Origin: Bacteroidota bacterium
Lineage (GTDB): Bacteria > Bacteroidota > Bacteroidia > NS11-12g > UBA9320
Direction of reading: 5' to 3'
NCBI GenBank assembly: GCA_013359235.1
Contig: JABWCE010000016.1
Coordinates: 733 to 64,732 of the forward strand
DNA length: 64,000 bases
Shown here: positions 10,066 through 19,919 of the stretch, in pieces
Layout of the letters: each line of letters starts with the position of its first letter
How positions within the stretch are numbered: position 1 is the stretch's first letter
The notes under the pieces: generated by a model
The model's database searches: none
What the model was told of the DNA's origin: nothing
What the model saw: only the letters and a program-made list of their open reading frames with translations
Translations under genes and position numbers: made by a program

Positions 10066-10899
10066 ATGAATAATTTTCACAGGTTTTTTATTATCACTAT
10101 CACTCTATTATTAATTAAAGCTACTGCCATGGGGCAAGATGGCATAGATTCTGCACTTTTCAAAAAATTTGGAGTTAAAAAAATGTGGGTTTATGTAAAA
10201 ATTCCAATTTTGCCAAACAAAACAATGAATGACAGTTGTATGTGTGAAACTTATGAATTTGATACATTAAATAGAATGATTTACGAAAACAACAACCTAA
10301 AATGTTATGGATGGGGTGGTTCTTATGAAAATTTTAATACCTTTAACAACAAAAATCAAGTAACACGCACAAAGCAAAATTCATATAACAGAACAATTTT
10401 TATGGATTTTGTTTACAATACTAATGGCGACATTGAACGAATTTTGCATACGAATTCTGATAATGCAGATACCGTATTTACCATAAACCAATATTCATAC
10501 AACAGCAAAAACAAAATTAAAACAATAAAAAATACAAATATTTCGGGTATTGATACCTCTATATTTTTTATGAAATACAATTATGATTCATTTGATAATG
10601 TAAGCCAAATATTTACCTATACCAAAGAAATGACTTTGATAAAAAAAGAAACTTTTGAAACAACTCCAATAAGTAAAAAATTGCTTGAGTTTACGGTTGA
10701 AAAGAAAATTCCGTCAGAATCATACAGCAAAGGTTGGAATTATTATAATACCGAAGCACAACTTATAAAAACCCAATACAATAATAATACTTGGACAGAG
10801 TATGTTTACGACAATAACGGCTTTCTTTCAAAAGCCTTAAGCTATAATATTAACGGAAAACTAAACACCATAAAATTGTACTTTTACGAATTGTATTGA
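10066..10899 (+). CDS. Hypothetical secreted protein with YD-like repeats
   Basis: The ATG at 10066 gives signal peptide MNNFHRFFIITITLLLIKATA. It has repeated Y-x-Y-[DN]-x-x-[GN] units (YEFDTLNR, FVYNTNGD, YSYNSKNK, YNYDSFDN, YVYDNNGF). Confidence 0.5.
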   Translation: MNNFHRFFIITITLLLIKATAMGQDGIDSALFKKFGVKKMWVYVKIPILPNKTMNDSCMCETYEFDTLNRMIYENNNLKCYGWGGSYENFNTFNNKNQVTRTKQNSYNRTIFMDFVYNTNGDIERILHTNSDNADTVFTINQYSYNSKNKIKTIKNTNISGIDTSIFFMKYNYDSFDNVSQIFTYTKEMTLIKKETFETTPISKKLLEFTVEKKIPSESYSKGWNYYNTEAQLIKTQYNNNTWTEYVYDNNGFLSKALSYNINGKLNTIKLYFYELY

Positions 10900-11267
10900 A
10901 AAATATTAATAATTTATTAGCAGTTTTTGTAGGCGGTGGCATAGGTTCGTTTTTAAGGTTTTTGATTTCAAATATTTTTAAATCAAACTTAAATACAATA
11001 CCTTTTGCAACGCTTGGAATAAATATAATTGGATGTTTTCTGATAGGTATAATTTCAACATTAATAAATGATGAAAATTCAATTTTAAAATTTTTGTTAG
11101 TTGTGGGGTTTTGTGGAGGGTTTACAACATTTTCGGCTTATGGAATTGAAACAATTCAATTACTTAATACAGGCAAGTATTTTACTGCAATTTTTTATGT
11201 AATTTTGAGCAATATTACTTGTATTATCTCCGTTTATGCAGGCATTAAGGTTACATTACTTTTTTAA
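10896..11267 (+). CDS. crcB: Fluoride efflux channel CrcB/FluC
   Basis: 123 aa with 4 TM helices and GGIGSFLRF and GFCGGFTTFS motifs. The TTG start overlaps the upstream stop. Confidence 0.9.
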   Translation: MKNINNLLAVFVGGGIGSFLRFLISNIFKSNLNTIPFATLGINIIGCFLIGIISTLINDENSILKFLLVVGFCGGFTTFSAYGIETIQLLNTGKYFTAIFYVILSNITCIISVYAGIKVTLLF

Positions 11268-11271
11268 ACAA

Positions 11272-12534
11272 ATGAGAACAAAAACAGTATTACTGCTCAT
11301 TATTCTATGTTTTTCAAATAAGATATTTTCAGCAAAAATTCTGATACCTATGGACAATACACAAAAAGACCACCTTAAAGCCTACGGTATAGCATATTGG
11401 GTATTAACTTTTGATAAAGAAGTTGAATGGTTGTTAAATTACCGTGGGGGCAGTTTTATGTTTGATAATTATGACAAGTTTGAAAAAGAATGTTTGCTGC
11501 GAGGTGTGAGTTATCAGAAAATTTCAGAGAGTTCGGCAGCCGAAATTTACGAAGAAATTGCAAACCCGGCAATAAATATGGAAGTAGTAAAACTACTAAA
11601 AGCTCCTAAAATTGCCGTTTACAGCCCGAAATCAAAACAACCTTGGGATGATGCCGTAACCCTTGTGCTTACATATTCAGAAATACCTTATACCACAATT
11701 TTTGATGATGAAGTGATGGATGGCAAACTTGTGCAATACGACTGGCTGCACTTACATCACGAAGATTTTACCGGACAGTATGGAAAATTTTGGGCAAGCT
11801 ATCATCAAACACAATGGTACAAAGATCAAGTAGCCGAAGCCGAAGCTGTTGCTGCAAAATACGGCTTTAAAAAAGTATCGCAACTTAAACTTGCCGTTGT
11901 AAAAAAAATAAGAGATTTTACAATAGGAGGCGGTTTTCTATTTGCAATGTGTAGTGCTACTGACAGCTATGATATAGCATTAACTGCCGATGGAGTTGAT
12001 ATTTGCGAAAGCATGTTTGATGGTGATGGAATGGACCCAAATGCACAATCAAAACTTAATTATGACAATTCTTTTGCTTTCAAAGATTTTAAACTTGAAG
12101 TAAATCCTTGGGCTTATGAAATTTCCAATATTGATATGCAACAGTTTGAACGCAATATTTCTGAAGAAAACGACTATTTTGTTTTATTTGATTTCTCTGC
12201 AAAATTTGATTTTGTACCTACTATGCTTTGCCAAAATCACGAAAAAGTAATTAAAGGGTTTATGGGGCAAACAACGGCATTTAGAAAATCTCTTATAAAA
12301 AGTGATGTACTTATTATGGGGCAAAACCAAGCTATGAATGAAGCCCGTTACATTCACGGCGAAATAGGAAAGGGAACATGGACATTTTATGGGGGCCACG
12401 ACCCCGAAGATTATCAGCATTTCATAGAAGAACCTCCTACTGAATTATCACTACACCCCAATTCACCAGGCTACAGGCTTATTTTAAACAATATACTTTT
12501 CCCATCGGCAAAAAAGAAAAAACAGAAAACTTAA
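11272..12534 (+). CDS. Conserved Bacteroidota secreted protein of unknown function (homologues are often auto-annotated 'asparagine synthetase B')
   Basis: Signal peptide, then KILIPMDNTQKDHLKAYGIAYWVL. I recall this from flavobacterial homologues, but the function is not established. Confidence 0.45.
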   Translation: MRTKTVLLLIILCFSNKIFSAKILIPMDNTQKDHLKAYGIAYWVLTFDKEVEWLLNYRGGSFMFDNYDKFEKECLLRGVSYQKISESSAAEIYEEIANPAINMEVVKLLKAPKIAVYSPKSKQPWDDAVTLVLTYSEIPYTTIFDDEVMDGKLVQYDWLHLHHEDFTGQYGKFWASYHQTQWYKDQVAEAEAVAAKYGFKKVSQLKLAVVKKIRDFTIGGGFLFAMCSATDSYDIALTADGVDICESMFDGDGMDPNAQSKLNYDNSFAFKDFKLEVNPWAYEISNIDMQQFERNISEENDYFVLFDFSAKFDFVPTMLCQNHEKVIKGFMGQTTAFRKSLIKSDVLIMGQNQAMNEARYIHGEIGKGTWTFYGGHDPEDYQHFIEEPPTELSLHPNSPGYRLILNNILFPSAKKKKQKT

Positions 12535-12565
12535 ACATGTCTGTTTTTTTCAGTATTTATCATTA

Positions 12566-13708
12566 ATGTCGGGCATTTACATACATATTCCATATTGTAA
12601 AAAATCTTGTTTTTATTGTGATTTTCATTTTTCGGTAAACAAAAAAAATATTGGAGAAATGGTTCAAGCAATTAAAAATGAAATTGAATATTTTGGAAAA
12701 AATCAACAATATTTTTTTGATACTGATGAAAAAATTAATACAATTTATTTTGGGGGAGGAACACCATCGCTATTAACACCAATTGAACTTGCTGAAATTT
12801 TAAATAAAATTTATAAAAACTACAATATTTCCCAAAAAATAGAAATAACATTAGAAGCCAACCCCGATAATCTTACAGCAGAATATTGCCAAAATCTAAA
12901 AGAAATTGGCATAAACAGATTAAGTATAGGCATACAGTCTTTTTTTGACGAGCATTTAAAATGGATGAACCGTTCACACAACTCTGAACAAGCCCTAAAT
13001 TGTATTGAAAATGCACAAAAAAGCGGTTTAAAAAACCTTAATTTAGATTTAATTTATGGTTTTTTCGGCTTGACTGACAAACAATGGAATTTTAATCTTG
13101 AAACTATTGAAAAAACAGGAGTAAAACACATATCGTGCTACAACTTGACAGTAGAAGAAAAAACCCCGTTAAAAAAACTCATAGAAAAGGGCAAATATTT
13201 TAATTCTGACGAGAATAAATCAATTTTGCAATTTGAAATCTTGCAAAACTGGGCAGCAAAAAACAATTGGGACCATTACGAAATTTCTAACCTTTGTAAA
13301 GAAAATAATTTTTCAATTCACAATTGTTCGTATTGGAACAACGAGAAGTACCTTGGTATAGGACCATCAGCTCATTCGTTTAACCATATCAAAAGACATT
13401 GGAATATAGCCGACAATAAAGTTTATATCGAAAATTTATCAAAAAATAAACCTTGCTATAACTCTGAAATATTATCTATCAAAGAAAAATACAATGATTA
13501 TATACTTACATCACTTCGAACAAAATGGGGAATTGAAATTGATAAATCAAATAAAATTTCAGGATTTGATTTTTTGGTACAAAACGGCAAAACACTTGAA
13601 AAATATATTAATTCTGCACATTTGATTATTGAAAAAAACACAATAAAACTCTCAAAAAGCGGTATGTTGCTTGCCGATAAAATTGCATCTGATTTATTTT
13701 TGGTTTAA
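12566..13708 (+). CDS. hemW: Radical SAM heme chaperone HemW (HemN-like)
   Basis: Radical SAM motif CKKSCFYCDF, GGGTPS, and HemN C-terminal domain layout. Confidence 0.85.
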   Translation: MSGIYIHIPYCKKSCFYCDFHFSVNKKNIGEMVQAIKNEIEYFGKNQQYFFDTDEKINTIYFGGGTPSLLTPIELAEILNKIYKNYNISQKIEITLEANPDNLTAEYCQNLKEIGINRLSIGIQSFFDEHLKWMNRSHNSEQALNCIENAQKSGLKNLNLDLIYGFFGLTDKQWNFNLETIEKTGVKHISCYNLTVEEKTPLKKLIEKGKYFNSDENKSILQFEILQNWAAKNNWDHYEISNLCKENNFSIHNCSYWNNEKYLGIGPSAHSFNHIKRHWNIADNKVYIENLSKNKPCYNSEILSIKEKYNDYILTSLRTKWGIEIDKSNKISGFDFLVQNGKTLEKYINSAHLIIEKNTIKLSKSGMLLADKIASDLFLV

Positions 13709-14152
13709 TTCAATTGCTTTTTTTATTAATTCAATTTCATAACCCTTACTCATAAGCCATTTTATTGTTTTTTGCTTTTGGTAAAAATCATTTTTTCTTA
13801 TTTTCTTTTTCAAAACTAGTTCTTTCAACACACTTAAATATTCATTTTCGTCAATTTCATTCATAGCTTTTTTTATACAATACTCTGTAATTTCGCGAAA
13901 CTTAAGCTCTTGTCTGATTTTTAATCTACCCCATTTTTTGGTTCTGAATTTTCCACCGGCAAAAGCTTTTGCAAATCTTTCTTCGTTTAAATAGCCTGCA
14001 TCTATCAAATGCACAATTATTTGACCTATAGTTTCGGTTTTACAACCCATTTCATAAAGTTTGTTTCGCACTTCTTTGTGGCATCTTTCCTGATAATCGC
14101 AGTATTTTTTAATTTTTATAATAATTTCGGGAGGTATTGTTGACATTGGCAC
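13694..14152 (-). CDS. recX: Regulatory protein RecX
   Basis: 152 aa with helical repeats: YCDYQERCHKEVRNKL ... GYLNEERFAKAF. Confidence 0.75.
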   Translation of the reverse strand: MPMSTIPPEIIIKIKKYCDYQERCHKEVRNKLYEMGCKTETIGQIIVHLIDAGYLNEERFAKAFAGGKFRTKKWGRLKIRQELKFREITEYCIKKAMNEIDENEYLSVLKELVLKKKIRKNDFYQKQKTIKWLMSKGYEIELIKKAIELNQK

Positions 14153-14256
14153 TTGTTTTCAAATTTATCATAAAAAAAACGTCTTATTTTTTTATAAATA
14201 AAAACTTAATATCAAGCTTTAGTTTTATTATTTTGCAAAGCCCAAATTTAAAAAAA

Positions 14257-14793
14257 ATGGTTTTAAGCGACAAACGTATTCTCGAAGAAATTGACAAAGG
14301 AACTATCCTTATTGAACCTTTCGCAAAAGATTGTCTTGGTTCAAACAGTTACGACCTTCACCTTGGGAAATACTTGGGGTGCTACAAAGACCGAGTACTT
14401 GATGCAAAAGCAAATAATAAAATAGAAATTATTGATATACCACTTGATGGTTTTGTATTGGTGCCAGGTGTGCTTTACCTTGCAGTAACCGAAGAATACA
14501 CCGAAACACACAAACACATTCCATTTATAAGAAGTATAGTAAGTGCTACACGCTTAGGTATAAATATTCATTGTACTTCGGGAGTAGGTGACATTGGTTT
14601 TTGCAATACCTGGACTCTTGAAATATCATGCGTACATCCCGTTAGAATTTACAGGGGAATGCCTATTGCAAAACTCATCTATCATTGTATTGAGGGCGAA
14701 GTAGAACAGTTGTACAACAAAAAACAGAGTGCCAAATACAATAAACGCACTATGAAACCTGTAGAAAGTATGATGTGGAAATACAAATTCTGA
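14257..14793 (+). CDS. dcd: dCTP deaminase
   Basis: From the ATG at 14257: MVLSDKRILEEI..GTILIEPF...SNSYDLHLG...GDIGF.NTWTLEI. Confidence 0.85.
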   Translation: MVLSDKRILEEIDKGTILIEPFAKDCLGSNSYDLHLGKYLGCYKDRVLDAKANNKIEIIDIPLDGFVLVPGVLYLAVTEEYTETHKHIPFIRSIVSATRLGINIHCTSGVGDIGFCNTWTLEISCVHPVRIYRGMPIAKLIYHCIEGEVEQLYNKKQSAKYNKRTMKPVESMMWKYKF

Positions 14794-14799
14794 TAAAAC

Positions 14800-15462
14800 A
14801 TGAAAATTTCATGGTTTAAACGTTTTCTATCATATTTTTTCGTAATAAATATCAAAAAAATCAAATCGGACTTTAACCCCGGACTTTGCTTACAGATAGA
14901 AGCCGGTAAAGTAGTACTTAATACAAAAAATGCCAATTACAGTTTTGGGAATCTTCACAAAGTGTTTGAAGAAACATTTATAAAAATAAAATTAAAAAAT
15001 TTTGAAATAGATAATGTTTTATTATTAGGATTGGGAACGGGCAGTGTGATTGAAATTTTTAAAAAAAATTATAATATTTCGCCCTATATTACTGCAATTG
15101 AAATAGACCCGGCAATAGTTGAACTTATAAAAAAACTTTATAATTTCAATCTTGCAAAAACCGAAATTTTATGTGGAGATGCTTTTGAACTGATAAAAAA
15201 AATTAACCGTAAGTTTGATTTGATTGTAGTTGATTTATTTATTGATATTGAGATGCCAAAGAAAGTTTACAGCAGTGATTTCTTAAAAAATTTAAAAAAT
15301 CTATTGGACAACAAAGGCGTAGCTGTTATAAATTGTATAGTAAATTCAAAAAACAAAATCAAAGATTTTAGCGAATTTAAGGTAGCATTATCAAGGTATT
15401 TCAATAAAATATACATTCATGAAATTTTAGAAATAAACCGGGTTGTTGAAGTTAGAAATTAG
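14800..15462 (+). CDS. Class I SAM-dependent methyltransferase, spermidine-synthase-like
   Basis: LLLGLGTGS motif I, AIEIDP, and DLIVVDLF. Confidence 0.6.
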   Translation: MKISWFKRFLSYFFVINIKKIKSDFNPGLCLQIEAGKVVLNTKNANYSFGNLHKVFEETFIKIKLKNFEIDNVLLLGLGTGSVIEIFKKNYNISPYITAIEIDPAIVELIKKLYNFNLAKTEILCGDAFELIKKINRKFDLIVVDLFIDIEMPKKVYSSDFLKNLKNLLDNKGVAVINCIVNSKNKIKDFSEFKVALSRYFNKIYIHEILEINRVVEVRN

Positions 15463-15995
15463 TTTTTTCTGAAAAAAGAAAATGCCGATTGTCCGTATTT
15501 TCTTGTATCGTACAAATAATTATTTACAAATTGAAAGTTTGAGCGATGTTCAATAATGAGTATTGTATTTTCAAATATTAAATCACTATTAAAAATCATA
15601 CCGGGCAATTTATCAATATCAGCCAAATCATAAGGAGGGTCGGCAAAAATTATATCATATTGTTTGTTGTGTTTTTCGGCAATCCATTTAAAAGCATTTT
15701 TTTTTATGGCTTCAAAATTTTCAAATCCAAGAGATTTAAAAGTATTTTTTACAAACAAAACTGCATTAGCATTTACATCAACAGATGTAATAAAATTAGC
15801 CCCTTGCGAAGCAAACTCAAAAGAAATATTTCCCGTCCCACAAAAAATATCGAGGCAATTTTTTTCTTCAATACCATCTGAAGAAATAAGTATATTAATT
15901 AATGATTCTTTGGCACGGTCGGTAGTAGGGCGTGCATCAATATTGCGTGGAGGATTAAAATTATAACTTTTATATTTTCCACCAATTATCCGCAT
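15459..15995 (-). CDS. rsmD: 16S rRNA (guanine966-N2)-methyltransferase RsmD
   Basis: MRIIGGKYK..., LDIFCGTG, FADPPY. Confidence 0.85.
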   Translation of the reverse strand: MRIIGGKYKSYNFNPPRNIDARPTTDRAKESLINILISSDGIEEKNCLDIFCGTGNISFEFASQGANFITSVDVNANAVLFVKNTFKSLGFENFEAIKKNAFKWIAEKHNKQYDIIFADPPYDLADIDKLPGMIFNSDLIFENTILIIEHRSNFQFVNNYLYDTRKYGQSAFSFFRKN

Positions 15996-16750
15996 ACCAA
16001 AAGTTGTAGGGGATACGATTTTTCAATAATATCTTTATTAAAAACTGTACTATCACAGTTGTAGTCTTCGAGCCAGATATTTATTTCGTTTATATAGTTT
16101 TTAAATAAATCAAAAATTGCTTTTCTATTGGGAGGTTCGCCCAATATTATAAGTTCTGTTTCTTCGGGCATCAAATGCAATTGCTCAATGGCAAGCATTA
16201 CAAAGTAAAATGTATCATCATTAGATTTTGTGATGTAGGGGTTGCAAAGCATTAGTTTACCATTATTTACTATATAAATATTAAGTTGTTCATCATTTTT
16301 TGTAATGAATATTTTTGACTTATTAATATTTGTTTTAAATATTTTATTTAAAACCAAACTTACTTCATTTTGGAGCAAAACTCTTGAAAATTTATTTTTA
16401 ATTTTTTCGGCAAAAACCCTGTCAACCTGATACACCACGCCTATACCAAAATCTGTTTTATCAATATTTAAAAAATCTTCTTCAGCCAAATTATAACTCA
16501 ATGAATAAATTTTATCTATATCTTCATCGTAAAACTGTTCGGGAATGGTAATAAAATTTTTTCTTCTAAGTAATAGGTTTATTTCTGAATAAATGTCGGG
16601 AAGCTCGGTCAGTATATTATCAAGTAGTTGTTCGTCAATAAAGTTGTAATTTTTAATAGATATAATCTGTGCTTCTTTGTTTGCGGTCAAAAGGGTTAAA
16701 TCATTACCATTAAGTTCAATATACAATTTATGTGAAACCGAGTGTGTCAA
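15986..16750 (-). CDS. DUF3822-family protein
   Basis: Size and position immediately upstream of rsmD match the usual Bacteroidota synteny. No catalytic motifs were recognised. Confidence 0.5.
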   Translation of the reverse strand: MTHSVSHKLYIELNGNDLTLLTANKEAQIISIKNYNFIDEQLLDNILTELPDIYSEINLLLRRKNFITIPEQFYDEDIDKIYSLSYNLAEEDFLNIDKTDFGIGVVYQVDRVFAEKIKNKFSRVLLQNEVSLVLNKIFKTNINKSKIFITKNDEQLNIYIVNNGKLMLCNPYITKSNDDTFYFVMLAIEQLHLMPEETELIILGEPPNRKAIFDLFKNYINEINIWLEDYNCDSTVFNKDIIEKSYPLQLLVCG

Positions 16751-16765
16751 TTTACTTGTAGAATA

Positions 16766-18421
16766 TTATAACATAAAACGATTTCCAATCCAAATAAACC
16801 TGCGGGTTATATAACCTGGGTCAACAATAGAAGCATTTCCCGACAAGTTACCTCCACTTACATGCAAATCAGAAAAAGCTGTGTGCAGGTTTACAAAAGC
16901 CTGTCCGCTAAAATTGAACGAAACGGGGACAAAAGCGTTGTTAAATTTTTCTTCAATTTCTTTACTTTTCATAAAATCGGTACAAAAAACAAGGCAAGTA
17001 ATAGCTCCAAACTGGTTTACACCACGAAGTGCAAGTTCAATACTTTTATCGGTATTTTCTGTTTTAACAATAAAAACCATAGGACCAAAAATTTCTCTTT
17101 GAAAAACTTCCTGTTTGCCACTGTCAACAGCCAAAATTTTTAATGATTGTGTTCTGGCAGAATCGTATTCGGGCATTTTAAAAGAGCCATTGTCTAATAT
17201 TTTTTTCCCTAAAGACATTGAAATTTCTTTAACCGATTTTAAAGTTTTGTCGTTTTGAATACATCCCATAACTGAAGGACCCCATTTTTTCTCATAGATT
17301 GAATTTACAGCTATTTGAAGTCTATCTGTAAAATCGTCAAAAGAAACATTTCCGTCCTTAATTTTAATACCATCAGCGGGAATGTATATATTTTGAGGCG
17401 ATGTACACATTTGCTTAGAATAAAGCAAAAGGCTAAAAGCAAGGTTTTGAATTAAAGATTCAATATCTTTTGTAGAATCAATAATTACAGGGTTTACAGC
17501 ACCTTTTTCGGTAAATGTAATTTTATCAAGTTGTTCAATATAATTTCCAAATTTTGTGTTTCCTGTATAATCAACAATTTTAATTTCAGGGTTTTCGGCA
17601 AGTTTGGTTGTTATGGGATTTGCTGATGTATCGCATGCCAGTTGTACAGTTTCGGTTTTTAAGCCTGATTCTTTAAGAACCTGTCTTATTTCTGAAACTA
17701 CAATTGCCAAAGGCAAAACTGCTTTTGGATGTGGTTTTACAATTACAGGATTGCCGGTAATCAAATTTGCAAAAATTGCAGGAATACTATTCCATACAGG
17801 AAATGTAGAACATGCAATAACAAGGCTAATTCCTCGAGGTATTGGTTTCCAAGTTTTTTTTAAGCTATACGAAAAATTGCCTGAAGTTTTATCAATTTTT
17901 ATTTGTTCGGGAAATCTTTTAATTTCATGAAAGCCCATTGCAATTGCTTCGAGTGCACGATCGCACGAGTGTGGACCTGATGACTGAAAAGCCATTGTAA
18001 AACCTTGTCCAGTGGTGTGCATTGTAGCATTGGCAAGTTCAAAAAAACGGTCTTTTAGTCTTTCTAAAACTTCTGTTAAAATACCTGCTCTTTCTTCAAT
18101 ATCTATATTTTTCCAACTGTTGCTGCTCTTTTTTGCATTATTAATAAGTGTTTGCTCATCAATAACAGGGTACCTTATACCAAGCCCGGTTTGTAAAAAT
18201 GGCGAAACTTCTTCTCCAACCCATTCGTCAGTTTTTACGCTTAAATCTGTAAAATCAGTATTAAATCTTAATTGAAATGCTTTTAGTCCACTTTCCTTTT
18301 CTTCGTCAGAATAATCTTTAATATCTTCAATATAAACCGAATTGAAGTTTCTTGAAGATAATGCTTCGACAGCTTCATAAATCAACTCTTTATGTGTATT
18401 GAACAACTGCATTTGTGGCAA
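16766..18421 (-). CDS. paaN: Aldehyde dehydrogenase family protein, PaaN-like
   Basis: 551 aa with an ALDH fold. The catalytic Cys context is QMCTSPQNIYIP. No other paa genes are nearby. Confidence 0.65.
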   Translation of the reverse strand: MPQMQLFNTHKELIYEAVEALSSRNFNSVYIEDIKDYSDEEKESGLKAFQLRFNTDFTDLSVKTDEWVGEEVSPFLQTGLGIRYPVIDEQTLINNAKKSSNSWKNIDIEERAGILTEVLERLKDRFFELANATMHTTGQGFTMAFQSSGPHSCDRALEAIAMGFHEIKRFPEQIKIDKTSGNFSYSLKKTWKPIPRGISLVIACSTFPVWNSIPAIFANLITGNPVIVKPHPKAVLPLAIVVSEIRQVLKESGLKTETVQLACDTSANPITTKLAENPEIKIVDYTGNTKFGNYIEQLDKITFTEKGAVNPVIIDSTKDIESLIQNLAFSLLLYSKQMCTSPQNIYIPADGIKIKDGNVSFDDFTDRLQIAVNSIYEKKWGPSVMGCIQNDKTLKSVKEISMSLGKKILDNGSFKMPEYDSARTQSLKILAVDSGKQEVFQREIFGPMVFIVKTENTDKSIELALRGVNQFGAITCLVFCTDFMKSKEIEEKFNNAFVPVSFNFSGQAFVNLHTAFSDLHVSGGNLSGNASIVDPGYITRRFIWIGNRFML

Positions 18422-18497
18422 ATATAGTATTTTTAAAATTTGAGAAAATTTTCATTAAAGTTAAATATTTAAAATAACATTAAAAGTAATTTTTGTT

Positions 18498-19907
18498 TTA
18501 ATCAATATTGAAAATTTGTCCAAAATGTGGTATTTCAATATTAGTATAACCTTGTTTTTTCAAAGCCTCGAGAAGCAATGTTTGGCGGTCTAACTCACCA
18601 TGAACAAGAAATATTTTTTTTAAAATATTTTTATCCTGTGAACTGATGAATTTAACTAATTCGGGTTCATCGGCATGTCCGCTCAATCCATCCATTATTT
18701 CTATATCTGCTTTTACTTTTAGCTCCTTTCCAAAAATTCTAACAGTTGTAGGATATTCGCGGAGATATGCTCCCAGTGTTCCTTCGGCACAATAACCCAC
18801 AAATAATATTGTGTTGTCAGAATTTTCAATATTGTTATAAATATGATGTCTAACCCTTCCTGCATTTGCCATTCCGCTTGCACTTATTATAATGCAAGGT
18901 TCGTTGCTATCGTTGAGTTTTTTCGACTCTTCAACACTTCTAATATATTTTAACCCATTAAAACCAAAAGGGTCGGGGTCATGAGTCATGTATTCAATAA
19001 TCTCACGGTCAAAACACTCATGATGAACCGTAAAAATATCAGTAGCATTTACAGCAAGCGGGCTATCAACATAAACTTTTATCTTGCCAAGTTTACCTTT
19101 GTTTTGAAGATGGTCAAGCATATAAACTATTTCCTGAGTACGACCTACACTAAAAGCAGGGATTATAAGTTTTCCTCTTTTATTTACACATGTTTCGTGA
19201 ACTATTTGCATAAAATGGTTTATATCCCCAGGAAATTCATCATGAATTTGCCCACCATAAGTACTTTCGCTTATCAAATAATCAACTTGTGGCATTTGTA
19301 CGGGGTCTTTTAGAATAGGTCTCGAATTTCTACCAACATCTCCTGTAAAGCCCAGATACAAGAAATCATTATCACTTTTTCTTATTTTTAAAGTTACAGT
19401 TGCGCTACCAAGTATATGACCGGCATCGGTAAAATATACTTCAACACCTGGAGCTATTTTGTTCCATCTGTTATAGTTGTATCCTACAAATTGGCTCATA
19501 CAATTTCGGGCATCTTCAACTGTATAAAGTGGTTCGTTTATTTTTCCGTTTTTTTTCCTTAGGTTTTTTTCATTTGCCCATTGGGCATCTCTTTCTTGTA
19601 TTGTAGCACTATCAAGTAGCATTATTGCAGCCAAATCATGAGTTGCATGTGTGCAGATTATATTTCCTTCGAAACCATCTTTTACAAGTTTTGGAATTCT
19701 TCCGATATGGTCAATATGCGAATGACTTACAATTAACAGATTTATTTGTGTAGGGTCAAATTTCCAATGATTATTAAAATCTTCGGTCAATTCTTCGTGT
19801 CCTTGATAAAGTCCGCATTCTAATAAAATTTTAAAACCATTATCGAGTGTAAGTAAATAACAGCTGCCTGTAACTGTACGTGTTGCACCACAAAATTTAA
19901 TATTCAT
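18498..19907 (-). CDS. MBL-fold / beta-CASP RNA-metabolising hydrolase
   Basis: VSHSHIDHIGRIP (HxHxDH) plus beta-CASP and C-terminal RNA-specificity region layout. Confidence 0.8.
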   Translation of the reverse strand: MNIKFCGATRTVTGSCYLLTLDNGFKILLECGLYQGHEELTEDFNNHWKFDPTQINLLIVSHSHIDHIGRIPKLVKDGFEGNIICTHATHDLAAIMLLDSATIQERDAQWANEKNLRKKNGKINEPLYTVEDARNCMSQFVGYNYNRWNKIAPGVEVYFTDAGHILGSATVTLKIRKSDNDFLYLGFTGDVGRNSRPILKDPVQMPQVDYLISESTYGGQIHDEFPGDINHFMQIVHETCVNKRGKLIIPAFSVGRTQEIVYMLDHLQNKGKLGKIKVYVDSPLAVNATDIFTVHHECFDREIIEYMTHDPDPFGFNGLKYIRSVEESKKLNDSNEPCIIISASGMANAGRVRHHIYNNIENSDNTILFVGYCAEGTLGAYLREYPTTVRIFGKELKVKADIEIMDGLSGHADEPELVKFISSQDKNILKKIFLVHGELDRQTLLLEALKKQGYTNIEIPHFGQIFNID

Positions 19908-19919
19908 CCTTCTTATCTA

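Noticed and set aside
10800-10900. A fluoride riboswitch upstream of crcB.
   Set aside because: The crcB start overlaps the stop of the preceding gene, so there is no intergenic space. No conserved riboswitch stem sequences were seen.
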